Shown here: positions 58,171 through 64,000 of the stretch, piece by piece
How positions within the stretch are numbered: the first letter of the stretch is position 1
Layout: each line of letters begins with the position of its first letter
DNA from: Macrostomum lignano
Taxonomy: Eukaryota
Direction of reading: 5' to 3'
DNA: 64,000 bases
Assembly (NCBI GenBank): GCA_002269645.1
Contig: NIVC01003000.1
Span: forward strand, 62,437 to 126,436
The notes under the pieces: model-generated
What the model was told of the DNA's origin: nothing
The model's input: only the letters and a program-made list of their open reading frames with translations
The model's database searches: none
Position numbers and translations under genes: made by a program

Positions 58171-60299
58171 TTGTTCACAGAGTTCCTCTATAGGCAGAAG
58201 CACGTTTGTGTTCAGTTTTATTTTTTCATGGCTGATTTAACGGTTCGGCCAAAATCTAGGCTATCCATCAATTTGATGGGTTATTTTGTTGACCTTAGTG
58301 TTGATCCTGGTGAAAGCATACGCATTTCAGAAAATGGTCAAGTACGAGTTTTTCGATATGATGAAGCGAGTATCTATGATGTGCTACACAACTCCAGCAC
58401 GCAGAAGTGGCATTGCAGCGGGAGTACATACTTTTTGAGTTCGCAAGAAGGCTGCCATTTTGGAATTCGTCAGATTTCCAGAATCCAACATTATTAATTC
58501 AATGATTAGTTGCCAAATGCATTTTTGAGGGTCAGTGCAAAATAATTTTCTAACACTTCATGCTTCCTTCAGACCAGTTTGTTTGTCCAAGTAGAGGCCA
58601 TAATGGAGTCCTGCACGGCCCCCAAGGATTTTTTCCTGGAACCACCTTTATCTAAACTGACCTTCTGGAAAAGAAAACATAATAGAAATTTCATTCTATT
58701 CCTCGAAGTGCCCATCATCTGCCGCTTAACGTCAAATTTTCAATTGGGTCTATTTGTCACGTCACTGGGTGGTATAATAAAAATCCCAAAAGTTCTTTCA
58801 AGTTTCTTATTCATACGACTCACTATCATTTCTCTACGGTGTGCTATTTCATTACAGCTCATCAAAGCAAGAAATGGTTCTTCTTCGGCACAAGATTCCA
58901 ACCGTTCTTCCAGCTCTTTTCGGGGCGAGAAGTCGCACTCTTAACTTTCATTTTTGGCGCACTACCCATGATCGTATCAACAATATAGACCCATACATGC
59001 AGCTTCAACGTTTGGTTTCAAAAGCGCAATCGGTCGTTATAGAAATTCTTATCTGTGGAACTCGATCCAACGAGCATTGATGGCATCGCTGTTTGAAAAG
59101 TACAGTCAAAGTGCAAGTGCAAGTGCAAGTCGGTCCCTGAGAGGGCACACTAGCATAAGACAGCGTACTGGTGGTCTGAGGTGCAGAGCAGGGATTTTTT
59201 ATATCATTTGGTGCATAAAAACGTCTGGATCAGAGAATCAAAATAGTTTCTGTAGTTCACATGTAGCCCATTTATTTCCATACATTGATAGTACAAAGGT
59301 TCTGTTAAGTTTAGGCTAATTTGTCACGCATGATTCGCTGAAATCACACGTAAATTGTCTCATTTATGCGTTTGCCTGCTGGAATTTAAGTAAGGAACCT
59401 TTGTAGGAAATTTTCCTTAGGGACACCTGTCTACAACCTGATTCCTCGTGTATTCCATGAGAACCCTAAACCTGGTGCTACACTTTAGACTATCCGGGAT
59501 TTTCTTCTGGTCCGGATATCCGAACGATATCCGCCCGGATACTGCCAAGCAAAAAATTTGCTTTGTTTTTACTCAGATATCTTGAGCTGCTTTGCAATGT
59601 CCAGGCACCTTGAGGTGTCTCTTTCAGACATCTACGACACTGACTCTGCTATCCGGCCCGTAGATCACATAAGAAGGGGAAGTTGTCTCAGGACATCCGA
59701 CTGTAGGTTTAAACGGAGGGTCTGTATGTGGAGACAGAGGTTTGCTTTAGGACATCGGGCTAATGATGTCTGGGGTTAGAAATAGCAAAATTTCTAGGTC
59801 AGTTGTCGCAAAGTAGAAAATAACCTTTTTTTAATTTTCAATTAGCAAACATCTGCGCCATGCTTACTTGAATGTGTATATTTTAATCACAATTTTGCGT
59901 TTAAAACACTCCAAAACGAACAAAAATTAAAGCCTATTGCAAACAAAAATCAGTTTGCTACTCTATTCACCAATCTAATTCGATCAATCAAAACAGGCGA
60001 TACGCTGAATGAAACGTGATGAGCCCTCTTGAGATGCTCTCCGTTTACAAATTTTGGGAAACCAGCCAACTGATGAGTATTTCTTCCGAGAAATTTGATG
60101 ATGCGGTAGACGCAACGTCTTCTGCAGCTTTCCACCCTTCAAGTTGTCTCGGTGCATCTTACGAAGTCTCATATGATCTCGAACCTTGAATTCCGCTCGA
60201 TTTCGCTGCTGGCTGTTTTATTCTCTGCGCGATGAATTTTCGGGATGCAGCTCACTGTGCGTTCTTCTCGATCATCTAAAGCTAATTTACAGGTTCTAA

Positions 60300-61023
60300 A
60301 TTAGCCTTCAAGGCGGTAGGCAGCAGCGCCGCTGCCTCGTTGCCTAAAAAAGGTTCCAAACCAAACGCGGCCTGGAATGGTGAAAATCCAGTGACTGAAT
60401 TTCGTCGGCTATTGTGGGCCAGTTGAATTTCATTGAGCCTGGTTTCTCAGGCAGTTGAATTCACAGATGAGCTAAACTATCTTAAAAGACTGATGCAGGT
60501 CTGGTTCAAGCACTCGGTCTGTCCGTTCGTTTCTGGATGATATTCGCTTGTTACTTGTCTATCAGTTCCTCTAGATTCTAGAAGGACGTCAATAATTGAG
60601 TTGCAGAACTCCCGTCCCTGATGGCTGAGGATGATGCACGGCCAACCAAACAGTGAAAAGGTTTTTCACTTTTTGCGATGGACGCAGCTTGGATTTTAGA
60701 CAGAGCCCGGAATACAGCAAACTTCGTAAATTTACAGCACATTCTCAGAAGGTACTGCGATCCTGAATCAGTGGTCTTTGGCATCGAGATGCACTCGACA
60801 CAGAGAAATTCAAAAAGCCTACTCGCATTGTCCGGTATTTCAATCGGATGAATTTCGCTTTGCTTGGTTGAAATGTTTTGTTGACAACTTCGCAATTGGC
60901 GCAAGCTTCGACAACGGATTTGGCAATCGGCGACACAGGAAAGTCAGCAAAGTACTGCGACGTAAAGAGGCTCAATGTGCTCTTTATCCCGACGTAACTT
61001 CCCTGAATGTGCGCAACTTGCAT
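60300..61023 (-). pseudogene. Gypsy/Ginger-type integrase remnant (HHCC + rve)
   Basis: AHIQGSYVGIKSTL...VEACANC, HPIEIPD..FEFLCVE..MPKTTDSGSQYLL...KFTKFAV.RAL, then a frameshifted SDQGREF-like segment. Confidence 0.8.
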
Positions 61024-61085
61024 CTTGCTTTTGACTTTGAAATTAAGCCTCCAGTGAACGGAAGCCTAACACCATGGATGTAAAG

Positions 61086-61218
61086 TATCACACGCGATAA
61101 TAAATCGTTCTATGGAAAAGAAAGTAGGAGGATACGTTTTATATACGTTATTTACGTTTTTTTTAGAATAGCGTCCGAGGGCTTCAACCATGGAACGATT
61201 TTTTTATCGCGTATGATA
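61086..61218. repeat. 30-bp inverted repeat with a ~72-bp spacer upstream of Crypton 2
   Basis: TATCACACGCGATAATAAATCGTTCTATGG (61086-61115) versus the reverse complement of 61188-61218, TATCATACGCGATAAAAAAATCGTTCCATGG. Confidence 0.8.
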
Positions 61219-61544
61219 AAATTTAACCCCAAGTAAACTGATACATTTTTCATTGAGGGTTTTAACCACGGACAAAATGTCAGCGATGAGAGCTATCCGA
61301 CTTGGTAAAACCTGCAGACAGTCCAGACCAGATCGGAGTGGTTACCAGCAGAGTAAACATGGAAATTTTTTGAAGATATCTCAAATTTTGGCTGTATTGA
61401 CGACTTTTTCAACGAAATTTCATCGTCTAGCGTCATATATTCACAGTCCAACACCATTTCTGCGTCCATATCAAGTGCATCAAGTGGTTGCTCTGCCAAG
61501 GTTGCTCTTCTGACGATATTGAGAAAAAGATTTAATCCGCCATT

Positions 61545-62561
61545 CATGATGGCACTAGGCGCAAGGAACAATGGGCTCTAGCTGTGTTCAACGAATGGAG
61601 AACTGCTCCTCGGGACAGCATACTTCGAGGTGAGACTGGTCAACCTGTTGGTGCTTTGTGAATTTGAGGAATGGGCACCCGGTGATTGGAATTTTTCGAT
61701 GAAAAGGTTCCTCCTTGAAGTACGTAAGAAGGATGGATGCAAGTACAATGCGAGCTTTCTGAAGGATATTTTCGCTATACTTCAGCACCATGTCACTTTT
61801 GCTCTTAAAAAAGAGTACTCGTTCTGGAAGGACTCACAATTTACCGATGCGAGGATGTCGCTAGACGCAGCAATGAAAGAGAGTGTTCGAGAAGGACACA
61901 TTTCGGGAATGTATGCTAGCGAGCCTATTCCAGTTGCGTTGGAGAGGGATATGTGGCAGCAAGGACTGTTAGGCCCTGATAATCCGAAGACCTTTTGTAT
62001 ACCTTGGTTTTCTACATAGGAAAATGCTTCACGCTTCGAGGCGGTACTGAGTTGCACGACTTGCAATTCAATAGAGATAGTGACACCACTGGCGAATGTC
62101 TTGTTTACAAGGAACAGAAGGGCACGAAGACCAACAATCGTGGACTGAGAACCAGGCGTAGTATGCCTCCTCGTGTGCTAAGGATCTATCATACTCATGC
62201 GCATGAGCGCTGTGTCGTGCGTTTGTACATTGCGTATGTGGCTAAGCGTCCTGCTAATTGTAAAGACGCTAATTTATTTCTATCGTGTTATCGTGGCGGT
62301 GATTGCATTCAAGCTGGAAAATGGTACCAGAATGCAGCAGTCGGACGTCATACACTGGACGGCATCGTCAAGGAATTGACTCAAGGAGCTGGCAAACGGT
62401 ACACGAACCAGTCACTATGGAAAACCTCTGCAAATACGCTACCCCGAGCCGGCTTTGAACGAGCTGATATTGCTCGCGTGACTGACCACTTAAGTTTAGC
62501 TGTGGAAAATTATATACATCTAGATCGTGACGACCAGCAGCGCATCTCCGAAGCGTTGTAA
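61545..62561 (+). pseudogene. Crypton tyrosine recombinase, near full length, inactivated
   Basis: GTRRKEQWALAVFNEW, RFLLEVRKKDGCKY, LDAAMK, LVFYIGKCFTLRGGTELHDL, TKTNNRG, RCVVRLY..YVAKRP, WYQNAAVGRHTL, YTNQSLWKT (H-x-x-R mutated) and TDHLSLAVENY. Two or more frameshifts. Confidence 0.9.
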
Positions 62562-62889
62562 ATTATGCCAGTTGAATGTGCGAATGCTGGCTTGTCACTG
62601 GTTCCAGCTGTCCAAACCGTTCCAGCATTCTGTTTCTGAGGCTGCTCCTGCCACTACGACTAAAAGTACAACTAGTACTACCACTACTACTATTAATTCA
62701 AAGAAGATGAAGGTTGAGATTGACGGACAGCTGACTGGTACTTAAACGTTCATTTTTAAAGTTATCACTTTTCGTCACTTTTATTCTTTAAAAGTTACTT
62801 TAAAATGATAGAAATTGCTATTCATGATGGTTTCGTTTTCAAATATGCATTTCGTTTCTCAGTCCCGAAAACCTGTCTTGAGAAATCGT

Positions 62890-62918
62890 TTCTCAGGCCT
62901 GGTTTTTAGGCCTGAGAA
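62890..62918. repeat. Perfect 11-bp inverted repeat with a 7-bp spacer downstream of Crypton 2
   Basis: TTCTCAGGCCT-GGTTTTT-AGGCCTGAGAA. Confidence 0.85.
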
Positions 62919-64000
62919 CAAAGTTCACTTAAATCTTGACCTAAACTAGGACTTCCACGTGAAAAGAAGAGCCTGATTGACCGTTTGTCCGATGAACCCA
63001 AAACTGGGAGTTAAACATGAAGGACCACTGTATGACCGTTGATACCTATCGCAATGCACCATGCTTATTGAGTCTGTTGCAATTTCGTTGATTGATCAGG
63101 TCATGTCACAATATAAAGTTCTACGCCTGGTATCAAAAGTCGAGTCCTGCGGACTCGTATTTGTCAGAGTCCGAAAACTATCGTTGTGTACGTCCCATTT
63201 TTGGTCAGGCGGACTCTGACGTTAGTCTGAGAACGGACTGGAAAGACCCTTGAAAGAATTCAGTCAGCAAGCAAGCAACAAGCAAAAATACATGCACACG
63301 GTGCCACAAATAAATGTCTTCGTTATCATCGTTGCTGCTTCTCTCAATGAACTGCGGTAGAGACAGTGGCAGAAAGGACAGTCGGAGAGGCCGAAGTGCT
63401 TCGGCGCTTCTGACGCTGCTTCTCTCTTTCCACAGCGTGCCGCAGCATGTTGATCACTTCAAGCTCGAATGCCTGTTTTTGCTGTAGAGGGTTGCTCGTG
63501 TCCTTAGGATCATAGAGGTAGGTGACCGCATCTGAAATTTTGAATTCAAGTTGTAGAACAGTGTAAATTTAAATATCACTTATTGATTTAAATGCGCTGG
63601 ACATTCTACTGTTACTGAGTAGTAGGCTTTGTTCGCTGTTCAGTCATGACCACAGATACTATAAACACTAGATAGGCCACTCCAGCTTTCACAACATTCA
63701 CAATTTTCACAACACGACAGTTTACTCTACTTTCTGCTTAGTAGTAGTAAAAACATTTTAGCGTTATTTATATTTTCTAAAAAAAAAAAACAATGAATGC
63801 AATGCAGCAATTGTATTGATTTTATTTGCAAAAAAAACATAATTTTACTTTCTACAATTCAAGGCAACATTGTGAATGCTTTAGATTGCATTGAAGGCTA
63901 TATTATTGCAGTCAACTATTGTATATTTAGCAAATACGAGCTATATCATATACTCCATATTCGTGTAGCAAAATAGAAAGATTTCTCATCTTAATCAGCT

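Noticed and set aside
58570-58960. HECT/G2E3-like fragment on the minus strand (LDKGGSRKK)
   Set aside because: Only a short D.GG.R resemblance amid stops and frameshifts; too weak to call.
60436-60453. GCCTGGTTTCTCAGGC resembling the 62890-62918 palindrome, as a second Crypton site
   Set aside because: Only 5-bp arms, and it lies inside the integrase remnant; likely chance.
63850-63920. NIVNALDCIEG as a Harbinger DDE motif
   Set aside because: A single weak motif in AT-rich DNA with no supporting flanking residues.

Overview
Eukaryotic, probably invertebrate-metazoan, transposon-dense region. I recognised no host housekeeping gene, rRNA, tRNA gene or CRISPR array, and the host species cannot be established from this window. 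The core (9.6-41.3 kb) is a nested insertion stack whose junctions resolve to the base. A Helitron-type RPA70-like gene is cut by minus-strand LINE A. LINE A was then hit by a 9.1-kb EnSpm/CMC element (10216-19307; CCC TIRs, GTC TSD; intron-containing transposase plus a B-box/coiled-coil/BEN gene) and by a piggyBac (TTAA TSD). The piggyBac was in turn hit by full-length LINE B (32609-38511; 8-bp TSD). An ~11.16-kb tandem duplication (13525-24680 / 24681-~35838) overlies the stack. The best candidate for an undescribed element is an HDV-like self-cleaving ribozyme fold whose predicted cleavage site coincides exactly with the TSD-defined first base of LINE B. A tRNA-derived SINE at 53.4 kb shares a 3' two-hairpin motif with LINE B. 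The flanks hold decayed Tc1/IS630, MULE-like, two Crypton, piggyBac, P, Sola2-like, RTE, Helitron Rep and integrase remnants plus minisatellites. All family calls come from motif recognition by eye; no searches were run.
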